DNA of 64,000 bases from Orbicella franksi (Eukaryota). The stretch spans positions 19,840,001 through 19,904,000 of the forward strand of contig OZ116710.1 of NCBI GenBank assembly GCA_964199315.1. The letters run 5' to 3'. The notes below the pieces were generated by a model. It searched no databases. It saw only the letters and a program-made list of their open reading frames with translations, and had not been told where the DNA came from. Every line of letters begins with the position of its first letter. Position 1 is the first letter of the stretch. Below are positions 37,882-49,313 of the stretch, piece after piece. Position numbers and translations under genes: made by a program.

Positions 37882-38738
37882 GTAAGTTTATTTATTCAGT
37901 GAAGGGAAAATACACGAATGAGAAGAAAGGAAGAGCCGTAGGAAATGGCCAGAGGCCCAAGAAGAAGTTATGTAAGACATCATAACAAGTTGGTTTTACA
38001 AGTCCTTGCAAACTCACGGATAATTATGGCAACTTTGTGAGGACTGTTTCACACTAGTATTCCTGACTGAAATACACGTTCAGTTCTGAATGGTCACTGT
38101 ACTTAACTCTAAATTGCTGCTGTTTGCACATCTTCATGTATGCAACAGGTTTGATGCAATGCAGCACAATATCTAGGTACAGCTGTATGCAGAGAGGACA
38201 TCCGATCAGTTGACAGTATAAACATTTTTACGTGTACAAGTTGATAGTAGAATGCTACCAAATCCTTCCTCTATAAGTGGGTTACAACCATTACTGAGAG
38301 ATTCAAATGAAAAAGACCTTAGTGGCCATGTTGTATGACAGAAAAAAATAACGCTAATTAGAATGTTTTGTTAGAGCGGTTTTCCGTTGAGTGTCGAAAG
38401 TAATTAGACAATTACTGTGGTTTTGGTTTTGGTTTTGGTTTTACCTCAGTTTGAGATTAGCTGAGAAATCTAATTGGTAAGTAATTGGTTTTGGTTTTGG
38501 TTTTACGACGCTCAATTGAAAACCGCTCTAATGGTCATCCAACATGCTATGGCGGCGATGATGTCATTTGCAAACGATCTATGGCCCATTCCACAGCCTA
38601 ACTCTGTTACCTTTGATTTGGATCGTCACGCAATCCTCGTCTCCTTTATTGCGTGACGTCTCAAATAACTGCTCTGTCAGATATGCAACCCAGTCTGAAT
38701 CCTCTGCATTGTTTTTAATAATCTTGTGTGGTTTTCAG

Positions 38739-38886
38739 ATGCTGCAGTGCATAATTGGAATGGTTGACAAGACCAAGCGGGCCGTGTCAGTCCTTCAACA
38801 ACGCTGCGGTCAGGACCGGGAAGAGCTCTTGGCCTGGGCACGAAAAACAGCCGAAGAAACGGAAGCGGAAGTGAAGAGGAGAGCAG
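38739..38886 (+). CDS. RUNX1T1: MTG exon, NHR2 (MLQCIIGMVDKTKRAVSVLQQRCGQDREELLAW)
   Basis: ttttcag acceptor, G|gtatgt phase-1 donor; matches ETO LLNCIMDMVEKTRR. Confidence 0.93.
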
Positions 38887-39185
38887 GTATGTGTAGCATA
38901 TCTCCTAAGTGATCGGGGCAGCGCATGGCATTCTACATGCGCAATCACGGGTACCATAATTTTACCTCTTTAATCTTGCAGTTAACGAATCCTTACAATG
39001 CTGATCCAAGGTTTCACAAGAAACGATTTCTATCTGCCCGACAGAATTCATGTTTTGGCTTTTTGTGATCATCTGTACTCTCCTGTAATATTTGAACATG
39101 TTTTTTTGTTGAATCAATCCAATACTTATTTCGTTTTTCAATTGAAAACATGACCTAAAATAGTCCCTCGTTCATGTTGTTTCAG

Positions 39186-39442
39186 GGGAACTAATGGCGA
39201 AAACGCTCAAACAGACGGAAGAACGCGTAGCAGAAGTAAAACGTCGAGCGGAGGAAGCTGTGAGTGACGTGAAGAGACAAGCAGTGGTGGAACTACAGAA
39301 GGCAGTTCGTGCGGCCGAGGAGAAAGCCAATGAGGCGGTAGCTAGCGCGCATGGCAAAATGGAGAAAGCTGTCTTAGAGGCCCGCCGGCAGGCCACTGAA
39401 GATACTTTAGCTATGTCAAATCATCAGAGTGACTCAAGCGAG
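39186..39442 (+). CDS. RUNX1T1: MTG exon, NHR3 (EEAVSDVKRQAVVELQKAV...HQSDSSE)
   Basis: tttcag acceptor, phase 1; donor GAG|gtaggg at 39443. Confidence 0.93.
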
Positions 39443-39919
39443 GTAGGGCACATTTTGCAGTTATTCCGTTATATAAACTCAGTCATTGATACCGTTTATT
39501 TCGCTAGCAAGTTGAGATCTAGTACCCTCGAGATTGCCTTGACAGTTCGATGCTTCTGGAGCAAATTAGTAGGTAGTTTACAGAAACGTCATTCTTAATT
39601 ACTCTATTGCGGCGACAACTCGAAATTATGCAAGGCAGCTAAGTTTGTGTTACTTTAGCCTGCATGCAGACGTCTAATATACCCTTTGTTTCGATCTGGA
39701 CAATTTGGCAAATCGAAACTAGAAAATCCTGGTTCCAGTTTGATCGTGCGCATGCGTTCAGGTTCAAAATAAATGGTTTTTGAACATGCGTAGAGAGAGT
39801 AACCGCTGTGACTCTTCCAATTTCGCCTAGAGGTCTCGATTCTTGGTGCTGACCTAAAGGGTCGCGGCCTCTGGAAACGAGATTGATGCTTATGGGGATA
39901 TTCGTTGTTCTTCCCGTAG

Positions 39920-40219
39920 AGTTGTTGGAATTGCGGTCGAAAGGCCACTGAAACATGTAGCGGCTGCAACGTGGCGCGGTACTGCGGTCCGTTTTGCCAG
40001 CACAAAGATTGGGAAAATCATCATCACGTGTGTGGACAGCAGGCTCAGGCCAGCGGCGAGGAGAATCCGCAGGGAGGAGGAGGCCCTCAGCCCGCAGGTT
40101 CACCTAAGGATTCCACTAACACTACCAGTCCCGCTGTCACCAGAATGACCACGCCCACCTCAACTTCGGATCCCATCTCGTCTCTTAGTGATTACGTTAT
40201 GAAAACCCCCTCCACGTAG
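39920..40219 (+). CDS. RUNX1T1: MTG terminal exon, NHR4/MYND zinc finger; CDS from ATG 33623 is 1557 nt = 518 aa
   Basis: [38 protein letters not shown], stop TAG 40217-40219. All exon phases are consistent. AATAAA at 41449 is a possible polyA signal. Confidence 0.95.
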   Translation, partial: SCWNCGRKATETCSGCNVARYCGPFCQHKDWENHHHVCGQQAQASGEENPQGGGGPQPAGSPKDSTNTTSPAVTRMTTPTSTSDPISSLSDYVMKTPST

Positions 40220-42143
40220 AACAGGCTAGTGTAGGATAAAACAGTGGTGAATTCGCGTTAGGGCTAAAAACAGTTCGTGTTGACTCTCCCTGGCGGGAAT
40301 TGAAGTTTTCCCCAGGGAAAGTCTCGCTTGTTGGTCGAGAGTACGTTGAACCGTCGGGAAAATGTGATTTTTCTTTGCACATGAGCGTGCCTGATTCTCT
40401 CGTGATCTTTTTGCTTTGCCCTTCGGTGGTTTCGTATTCGATTGACGGGCTTAAGCAACTTCATCACGAAATATCATGGTCATGTGTAAGCAAGGAATGT
40501 AGGAATAACCTTTAACACAAAATAGAATTCAGTAGTTGCTGCTGTCGCTGAAGGCCAGTTCGTAAATCGATTTGCCGATAGGCGGGCACGTATTGCAATT
40601 AGCGAAAAATTGAAGGCGCTGCTTATTCAACTCCGTACGTGGGTAATAGTTTCACACTAATTAGTGCTTGTAGAGAACCCCCTCTATGTCTACCACCCTA
40701 ACATTGAATAAACAGAAAGTAACAAATCTCCATTCACGATAAGAGAACAAGAACATTGGGACAATTCATTCAGACCCTGGGAACGCGAGACTTTTGTTTC
40801 TTCGTGACGTATGAGGTCTCACTGCTTCCTGCGAACACAGCGTTGGAAGTTGCTGAATTTGACGTAGTAAAATACAGTTAAATTTTCATACATCACAGAC
40901 TGATTGCCCCTCAGTAGGTTTACCCCAATCGGTAAGCTTACTTGAATTTGTGGTTCGTGGACAACTTTGGCTTGATTCTGTTTGTATTAGTGCTCTAAGT
41001 TGAGTTAATCGCAGTAAATAATTTTGCCCAGGGAGAATATTTAAGAAGGCCATATGAGGCCTCGTCTAAAATTCCGCAGTTTGGAGGCGGGGTCCAGTGA
41101 GCTTAAAATGTCATTGGGTGCACAAGATTTTTCCAGTTTGGTTCTTTTTCAAAGGTAGTTTGTTCGAATTTTTTAAGCAAAGCGTGCACGAAGACCGCGT
41201 CCTATACACCCGTATTAGTTTTAAATTAGCGCCATGTTGCAAACGGAATGTAATTATGTACAGGAATTTACCCTTCTGTGAATTTCGTTAGTGTCAGCAT
41301 AATTCTCCTCGTCTGAAATGTCTTGCCATCGTAAATTTCTACCAATCGTTGCTTCTTTGTCGGGAGCATAATGTTTAGGTGAATTTTGTTCATTAACAAT
41401 TGATCGGCTGTCTGTTATAACAGTATCATATAACTCTTGTAAATATCAAATAAACTCGACCATGTCTACGTTGAATCTCTCTCTTAGCATGCGCTACTTG
41501 TATGTAGATCTCAAAATGTGTCTTACCCGGTTCTTTTTTGTAGCACGGGATAGGACTAACTAAGTACGGTTTTATACATTATGTTCACTTTTTTCACTAT
41601 TATGCGCTTGATGCCCAAAAATCTCACCATAATGCTTGAAAGGCATCCCTATTATGCTCCATTATTCTCACATGAAAAGCCTAATATTTACCCTTGATGT
41701 TGTTATTCTGAAGCATGAACGACGCCTTCATGTAATCCTCCATTCTAGCTCGGTTATTGCGAGACGAGTTCACGCTAGTTATGATGAAGAAAATCGCTCT
41801 GATGTATCAGAGGCATGTGCTGTGTGCACTGTAAAGCCAAGTGACCAGGCCTGCTGAAGGCCCCCAACCCGCAGCCAGTACTTGTTTAATACTACAATTC
41901 CGACATACTGCTTGATTCTTTTGCCTCACTTTTATGCTCGAAGTAATGCTGTCATAATGTGTTAAACCCTACAACTAAGGCCAGATATGATGACGTATCC
42001 CTATATAGTCATAATGTTGCAACACTCCAATATGCCTCCCAAATAAGGCAACTTAGGGACATTCGCGGGAAAATTTTCAAACACTGATTTTTTTCTGATA
42101 CTTTTACCACTGAGATGATGAATTAGTATAGTTATGTCAGAAA

Positions 42144-42178
<35 letters not shown>

Positions 42179-42598
42179 GGGGTCACCAGGTCACCGACTT
42201 CGTTTCGGAGCTAGGCCTAAGAGAACATGCCCGGAATAACACCCTAAATCTGAAAAAATCACGCTTCGTTAGCGAATAAGGCCACAGTGCCTGTTCTCTG
42301 CCAAATATTGTTTAAGTAGACCTATTAAGTGAATTTAGTCAACTGGTGAGGTTCCTTAAAGAACAAGTTCGCATATAGTGACTAGTTTCACGAGCTTTGC
42401 AGCCGCCGTGGACAAAAATCTTGAAATTTTTTTAAATTTCCCACATCGCTATTTTTGTTCATTTTTGGACAATGTGGAGGTAATTGTAAATAAAATCTGT
42501 TTCTGGAAAGAAAAGAGTGGGTCACCGAACGTGCAAGATCGTTAAATCCAGGCAAAGCTATAGCAATGGCGATCTGTCCTATCATGATCATTAGGCTT

Positions 42599-42778
42599 AT
42601 TTAGCAAGAGAACGGGAACGTCACTTGACGACGGCGCGCGCAGTACAATACCCAAATACGGTCAGATGACGACTGCAGGGCGCGCTGAATAACCTGGATT
42701 CTGTTCTAATTTGACCATATTTGGGTATTTGTACTGCGCGCGTCGTCGTCAAGTGACGTTCCCGTTCTCTTGCTAAAT
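42599..42778. mobile_element. 180-bp foldback/MITE with about 66-nt inverted arms
   Basis: atttagcaagagaacgggaacgtcacttgacgacg... is mirrored at the right end with 2 mismatches and 1 indel. Confidence 0.8.
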
Positions 42779-42832
42779 CAGCCCTGGTCATTTTATTACT
42801 TAGTGCACGCTCTCATGCATGACGTGGTGTTA

Positions 42833-43332
42833 ACAAATTGACGTCAGTTTTTTACGCGTCTATCCTCTTATTAATGATAAATTGCGTCACAACATTGTCA
42901 AAGTGGCTGTGCAACCACAAGCCGCAGGCGAGTGGTTCCGCAGTAAACTTTGACAATGTTATGACGAAATTTATCATCAATAAGAGGACAGACGCATAAG
43001 AAACTGGCGTCAATTTGTTTTTTACAATAACAAGACCCCAAAATGGCCAAATGTCGGGATAAATGTAGGGGAAAAGACGCCGTAAACTTGCCGTAAACAA
43101 AGATAAGTGAATTTTATTCAAAATGACGCGAACATTGTCAATAGCTTTTCTCGGTTTTTGATTGGCTACTTAAAAAAGTCCATAAAATATCATCGGTTAA
43201 AAAGTTGACAGTTTGACAGCTGAAAGTTGAACTTGAAAGCTCGCATAAATTAACATTTTATCCGCCTGTACTCTTATTGATGATAAACATGAGCCATCAG
43301 CGCGCGGGAAATTAGACAGTTATTGTAAAATG
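42833..43332 (-). repeat. Dispersed repeat with a long terminal palindrome, copy 2 (inverse of 12782-13248)
   Basis: Complete hairpin at 42833-43018; the rest matches copy 1 as reverse complement. Confidence 0.85.
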
Positions 43333-43947
43333 TGAATTTGCTTGCGCAGTAAGGGCCGGATGCGCAGAAACAATTAGCGCGAACGTCCTTAATACAGAAC
43401 AACTGCAAGCGTCCAGAGCGCTGCCTTAGTCTCACTTCCAGGCGCTCGCTGTGCTAAATTATTTTTGCACGTGTTCCAAATGTGTATGAAAAAAACACCG
43501 AGTCGTTAGGCATCCTACCTTTGTTTCACACACTTTTCACCATTACATGCATGTTTCCTCTTTTTAGGGGTTAATTACTAGAGGAGGAGCTGTTTTATCA
43601 AGGGTTGGCGCTTAATTGAATCTTGAAGTTTACCAGGTTCATGCTTTCGTGAAGTCAACGATGAAAACGAAGAAAACGATGCCCTTTGGACACGTTGCGT
43701 GCCTATGTTTGCTTGTGAACTTGTTTTTGATAGTCGCATTATGACATTTCTATTCTTAGCGAACTTGAACCAGCAGAGCGTGGCCATTACTGATATGAAG
43801 CGAATAACGACCTAGAAACATTTTATAACTCCTCTCTGGAAAAAAAAAACATTGATATTTCGATTGAATTTTCACTCCAGCAGATGTTACTAGATATGGA
43901 AGTAGAACTGAAATGGCGAAAGTTTCTTAAGACTTTTCCGCGTTTGT

Positions 43948-44685
43948 TCATTCATCGTTTACATATTCTTCGCTTGGTTGATTCTTGAAAATATTTGCGA
44001 GGAGACAATTTACAGCTTGTCCGAAAACGCTTTTCTCGCCAGATTCCCAGTCGCGTGACTTGATCTCAAAATGATCCACAAAGCCGTGATCTTTACAGAA
44101 CTGATCCAGCGCTACCTCACTCTCAAATGTCTTTCCAGGCCCAATCCACCGTAGTGGTTCCTTACCTACGTTGTCTGTGACAAGAACACATGGAATTGAT
44201 GGGCAAAACTCCTTTACCTTCTCTCTCCATCTCACCGCTTCATCCAGCGAAGATGGGCGACGCGTACCCCAGAAAACTAACGCGCCATGACTGTTTCTGA
44301 AGTATACCTTAATGAAGTTTCCAAAGCGTTCCTGCTCGGCAACTTCCCAGAGTTGCAGCTTGATCGACAATGGCTTCTCGGTGTCGCTTCTTCGCCATCT
44401 AATTGTTTTTAAATAAAAATTCGCGCCGATTAATGGCGAGCGATACGTCTGCACTGGAGGCCACACTTGAAGATAATCGTCGATAAACACCCCTTTGGTC
44501 CCTACCCCGGCAGTATAGCCACCTACACATACTATTTTCAGGAGCACTTCTCCCAAAGCATCGCTTTCGATCGTTGGTTTCTCCGGCGGGACGTTAGTTT
44601 TAAACGTTTGCATCTCCACTTCTCTTCCAAGAGTATTTAAACATGTGTCATTAGCCTCTTCTGGCAACACATAGTTTGAAGCCAT
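43948..44685 (-). CDS. Intronless Rab32/38-derived GTPase-fold protein, copy 1 (245 aa), G motifs degenerate
   Basis: IGANFYLKTIRW..KLQLWEVAEQERFGNFIKVYF and FCKDHGFVDHFE correspond to Rab32/38 IGVDFALKVL.W..RLQLWDIAGQERFGNMTRVYY and FCKEHGF..WFE. Confidence 0.85.
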   Translation of the reverse strand: MASNYVLPEEANDTCLNTLGREVEMQTFKTNVPPEKPTIESDALGEVLLKIVCVGGYTAGVGTKGVFIDDYLQVWPPVQTYRSPLIGANFYLKTIRWRRSDTEKPLSIKLQLWEVAEQERFGNFIKVYFRNSHGALVFWGTRRPSSLDEAVRWREKVKEFCPSIPCVLVTDNVGKEPLRWIGPGKTFESEVALDQFCKDHGFVDHFEIKSRDWESGEKSVFGQAVNCLLANIFKNQPSEEYVNDE

Positions 44686-45093
44686 AGTGGAGAGGGATCC
44701 TTGACAAATACGTAAACAGATACGCAGAGCGAGAGAAGGTCCGTATTTCCGGTTTTTTCAGCTGTGTTTACGACGATCTTTGTGACCTCTTAGCATCTAT
44801 TTGCTCCCTTCTTTGTACTTAGTCAGTACCATTACAAACATAAACAGGGATTAAAGGTTAGAATGCAGAGGCACCTTTCTTTTTAGGCAAGTTTCCCTTG
44901 CTATCCCTTGTTTGTGCTATTATATAATAAGTCGACTCATGTAGCCTCATGTGCCACTTGGCACGAAGTGGACAGGTAACAACTTGATACCGCATTTTGA
45001 TTGGTTCTTAATTATGGTCTATTGGAGGACAGACGCATAGATGACGTCATTAACATTCTTTTTTCAGTGTTTCTTTATTATATAAAACAAGTG

Positions 45094-45264
45094 ATTCCAA
45101 GTTGCCGTCCGTCTGTTCAGTAATAGATCACAGAAGACGTGAAAATGTGGTAAGAACATCAGAGACACTCGCCCGTAAACGGCTTGTGTGAGTCACTTTT
45201 GTTCTTACCATATTTTGACGTCATCTGCGATCTGTTACTGAACAGACGCACGGCAACATGGAAT
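45094..45264. repeat. Palindromic dispersed repeat between Rab-like copies 1 and 2
   Basis: attccaagttgccgtccgtctgttcagtaatagatc...aatgtggtaagaaca pairs imperfectly with tgttcttaccatatt...gatctgttactgaacagacgcacggcaacatggaat. Confidence 0.7.
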
Positions 45265-46329
45265 CTATTTGCTAAATAGACTGTAGGCGAGGTTCCCAAT
45301 GCAGCTGTTGGAGGGAAGGAGGAGTGGGGGAGGGTTGATACGAGAATCCAAAGTAGGTTTCCTGCTCCGGATAAATTGCAAACAAACAAGAAAAAAAAGA
45401 AAGAAAAAAACAAGAATGATTGAAAGATGGAACAAATCAAATCAATTCAAGTAATTTAATTACTTTCTCATTGGATATGCTTTGGAATCCACTGAACTAA
45501 GCGTTGTACCATGAGAATTATAAATTAATTACTAGTCACGGTGTACAACACACTCAAACATAAGTGAAAGCTATTACCTTACAAACCAGTACTGGTCGCT
45601 TGACACTAATCGAAAGCCCATACTTTGTTGTGGTTCAATTTGAGGCGATATTTGGGCCTTTAAAAGTTAAAAGTAAAAAAAAAAAAAAAAGAAAAAAAGA
45701 AAAAAAAAAAAAACAGCTGAGAGGAGATGGGAAGTCTGACATCTCCAAGGATGTACAATTATGGAATTGTTCAAGCTGGTCATGGTATGAAATAAGAAAT
45801 CATACTTAGTTATGCAATGATTCGGCGGGCATTTACCAAGTCTTAACCGTTACCAATATTTACCTTGAACCTACAAATGTATGTTAACCAAAATAATTCC
45901 CAGGGCCCCTAACTCGGCAGGCAAATACTGATTATAATGCCTTAAATGATTATATTAATACAGGCTATCCTCAAAAAGTCTGTTGCAGTGATTTTCTTCT
46001 CTTTTCTTTATCTTGTAAGTGTCTTGAAAGAGGAGTAAATCTCATTTCACAGCCTAATTTTTTTTTTTTGCCCAAATCCCAGCCCCAGTTGTTCATTTGT
46101 GATTTCCAGTACCAGTGACTCAAATTTTATTTTTCCCAGTGAAAAAGAAAAGGCAAATCCCAATTTTCATTTTACTCCTTCCGGTCTTCTTACAATCAAC
46201 AGTAAATGAGGGAGAAATTACGTAAGGTTTATATATAAGAAAATTAATGTTGCAAACCTTCACGAAACAAATTTGTAATCTCGCGAGTCACTGATGACAT
46301 CCATTGCATGCATCGCTGTCACAAACATA

Positions 46330-47055
46330 CTACCTGATTACATTCGCTCCCGCGTCATCGAAAATTATCTTTAGAAGACGGTTCACAGCTTGTCCAAAAA
46401 CGCTTTTTTCACCAGATTCCCAGTCGCGTGACTTGATCTCAAAATGATCCACAAAGCCGTGATCTTTACAGAACTGATCCAGTGCTACCTCACTCTCAAA
46501 TATTTTTCCAGGTCCAATCCATTGCAGCGGTTCCTGACCTGGCTTATTTACATTGTTTGTGATTAGAACGCATGGAATCGATGGCGAGTAATTTCTAACT
46601 TCCTGTCTCCATTTTGTAGCTCCCTCCAGCGAAGATAGCTGATGTGTTCCCCAGAAAACTAACACTCCGTCGCTGAATCTAAAGTAAAGCCTTGTCATGT
46701 TAGAAAACCGTTCCTGTTCGCCGATTTCCCAGAACTGTAGTCTTGTCAAGACAGGCTCCTCAGTTTCTCTTCTCTGCCATTTTATTGTCTTTAAATGAAA
46801 ATCTACACCAACTACTGGACGCTTACACGACTTAACGTCAGGCTGAATTTGTCGATAATCATCAATAAACACGCCTTTGGTTTGCACTCCATCAGTATAG
46901 TCTCCTACACAAACTATTTTCACCAGGCTATCATTCTCGCTTGTTTCTCCTTCCGGGGCGACGTTTGTTTTAAATGTCTTCATCTCTACCTCCCTTCCTA
47001 GAGTCCTTAAACATTTCTCATTGACTTTCTCTGGCAATTCATACTTTGTAGCCAT
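46330..47055 (-). CDS. Intronless Rab32/38-derived protein, copy 2 (241 aa)
   Basis: VVGVDFHLKTIKW..TRLQFWEIGEQERFSNMTRLYF; shares the invariant C-terminal block. Confidence 0.87.
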   Translation of the reverse strand: MATKYELPEKVNEKCLRTLGREVEMKTFKTNVAPEGETSENDSLVKIVCVGDYTDGVQTKGVFIDDYRQIQPDVKSCKRPVVGVDFHLKTIKWQRRETEEPVLTRLQFWEIGEQERFSNMTRLYFRFSDGVLVFWGTHQLSSLEGATKWRQEVRNYSPSIPCVLITNNVNKPGQEPLQWIGPGKIFESEVALDQFCKDHGFVDHFEIKSRDWESGEKSVFGQAVNRLLKIIFDDAGANVIR

Positions 47056-47839
47056 CGAGGAAAGAATCTGTTGAAGATAATCAGCACACTAAAAGCAAGA
47101 AAAAAGATGTCAGCACTTCTAGCTACTTTTTCCGGTTTCAGTGTCATGTATTTGCAATCTCGGAAATCTTCCTGGCGTAGCGGAACAACTAGATAATTTT
47201 AACCTTGTTAGCCGTCGACTCAATTAACCGCCTGATAAATGAGTGTCGTCCAGGCTCTAGTCCTTTGATTGAAAAAGATAATTTTTGCAATCACAAAATG
47301 AACTCCATTTCGTTCAGCTTGAAGTTCACTTTCGATAGTTGTACTTGTTTCAGTGTGTGACCATATCGTACCGTGAGAGGGACAATTCTTTGAGGAAATG
47401 TTTTTGTTACGTAGGATGAACGAGTCACACATTCACCTAGGCAGTATATACGTAGAACTGTGCAGGCCTTGAAAAACAGTTACGCCTACGACGGCCTCTC
47501 GCGCCATCAGCTGCCGAAAAAGAGAATACTGGCCGAATTCATATTTTGAATACTCACAGGGGACCTGACCGAGGGTTATTTCTCAGTTGGCAGGGACTTA
47601 ACTTGTTCCAGCGTAAAATTAGAATATAAGTCGTAACTCGTTGGTCTACAAGATTAGAATCTGGCCCCAAAAGGGGGGGAGGGGAGACACTCATAAAAAA
47701 GGACGGGGGTGCTCGTCTGAAATTTTGAAAAGAGCCCTGAGAGGTACCAAGGTCCTCTTTTGTGGGCGTACGTGGCTTGAAGTTTTTTCTCCTCTAAGAG
47801 GTACCAATTCATTATCTCTTATCATATTTTTTCGGCTCA

Positions 47840-48471
47840 TTAAACAACGACGACGGCGGCGCCGAGGACGACGCCTTGTCAAAAATGAATTTATATTTAT
47901 CAGCGAAATTCGCAATTGTCTAGATCTGTTCAGTACGCAGGGTAAAGTTAAGGTAAAGTCTGTATACGAGCCAAGTGGCCCATCAGGCCGGAGCTTATCC
48001 CGGTTTCCGTAGCATGAAGCGACTAGGAGTATTTCTGCGCACTCCCCCCTGGAAGGTCGCCGGTACCCATTTATACACCTGGGTAGAGAGAGGTACTGTG
48101 AGAGTAAAATGTCTTGCCCAAATACACAACACAATGTCCCCAGCCAGGGCTCAAACCCGGACCGCTTGATCTGGAGACGAGCGCACCAACCATGAGGCCA
48201 CCGCGCCTCCCAATGACTCTAAAAACTTGCTCAGGCTAAATATGCAATGACAGGGTTCAATTTCAAATGGAAATAAGAAAAATTAGCGTCGTCGTTCGCG
48301 TTCCTCAGACAACCCAGAACTTGATCATTTCACGTTGTTGTTTTGCAGAGGACGGCGAAGAAATGTACAGAGATTTATAACGCACGTGCACAGCTATTGT
48401 TTTGCTCATTGAACCTTTTTTTTAGTGACGTTCTCGTTGCCGTCGTCGTCATGGTTTGCTTAAGCTCCCTA
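47840..48471. mobile_element. Middle element with imperfect (GAC)n-type TIRs, split by a SINE
   Basis: ttaaacaacgacgacggcggcgccgaggacg at the left and cgttctcgttgccgtcgtcgtcatggtttgcttaa at the right; attaaa is present at both junctions. Confidence 0.65.
47940..48211 (-). mobile_element. tRNA-derived SINE (innermost insertion)
   Basis: Minus strand begins gggaggcgcggtggcctcatgg (A box) and ...ggtttgagccc (B box), and ends in a short ttacct-type tandem tail. Confidence 0.75.
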
Positions 48472-49313
48472 TTAAATACCCTAAAATGTACCACAAAAGA
48501 CCTTTTGAGGCTTAACTTCCTAAGACGGGTACCAAAAACTCCTTTTTTAACCTTTAAAAGGTACGATGAACCTCCTCATCCTTTTTAAATGAGAGTCCCT
48601 CCCCCAGGGAGTCTGGCACTCTTAACAAATTTCTTTTCAAAGTTTGGATGGTTGCACCCATCTCTATTTAATATACAGGACTTCCATTGTGCAGGGAACT
48701 CCCGATGTGTCAGAGGGCAATCGGGTATTGAGAAGGACAACGTTACGTCAACTTAGGCTTAGATTTTATTTGGAAGTTATATATAATCATGACATATACA
48801 TTACATACACAAGTTATTGTTATAAAACTTCAAATCAAGTCGACGAATTTTGAGTGTTAGAAAGTATAGAACAAACAGACGCGCGCTAGCAATCGTGTCC
48901 GCCATCTTGAAAAGACCACGGGAACGAGGGCGCTTCACTGATAGGTTCATCCGAGACCAGAAAGCTAGGAATCGTAAAGGAAACTTCTCTTGATTATGCT
49001 ATCTGGTTAGTAATACTGATGGTACATTCTTAAAAAAAATTCCCTTTGTTATTATAATCTCTCGAGAGTGCGACTTGTAATTAACCCGAAGCCGAATTTA
49101 CACGTGTTCAGCAACCGAATTGACGCATTTTTTAGGTTGGATTTGGTCTTTAAATGTTTCTGGGTTAGGACTAACATGGAGTAGGGAGATTATTACCCCC
49201 TCCCCCACCCCCCGACCCCGCATGAATATTTGGGGTACCTTCCTTGGGCTTTAAAGAGGGTGTTTCTGAAGGTCAAAAAGTCAGTCATGTAGCTTGTCGC
49301 TGTCACAATCACT

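Larger units (their letters stand above)
47673..48609. mobile_element. Outer MITE (G-rich TIRs, internal repeated aaggtacc motifs) carrying two nested insertions
   Basis: Left TIR ggggggaggggagacactcataaaaaaggacgggggtgctcgtc versus the reverse complement of the right end, ggggggagggactctcatttaaaaaggatgaggaggttcatc. Confidence 0.7.

Noticed and set aside
39639-40103. 154-aa and 116-aa minus-strand ORFs
   Set aside because: They overlap the MYND exon and its intron in antisense and have no domain features.
47641-48169. Track ORFs of 123, 147 and 64 aa
   Set aside because: They run across junctions of nested transposons and are chance open frames in GC-richer repeats.
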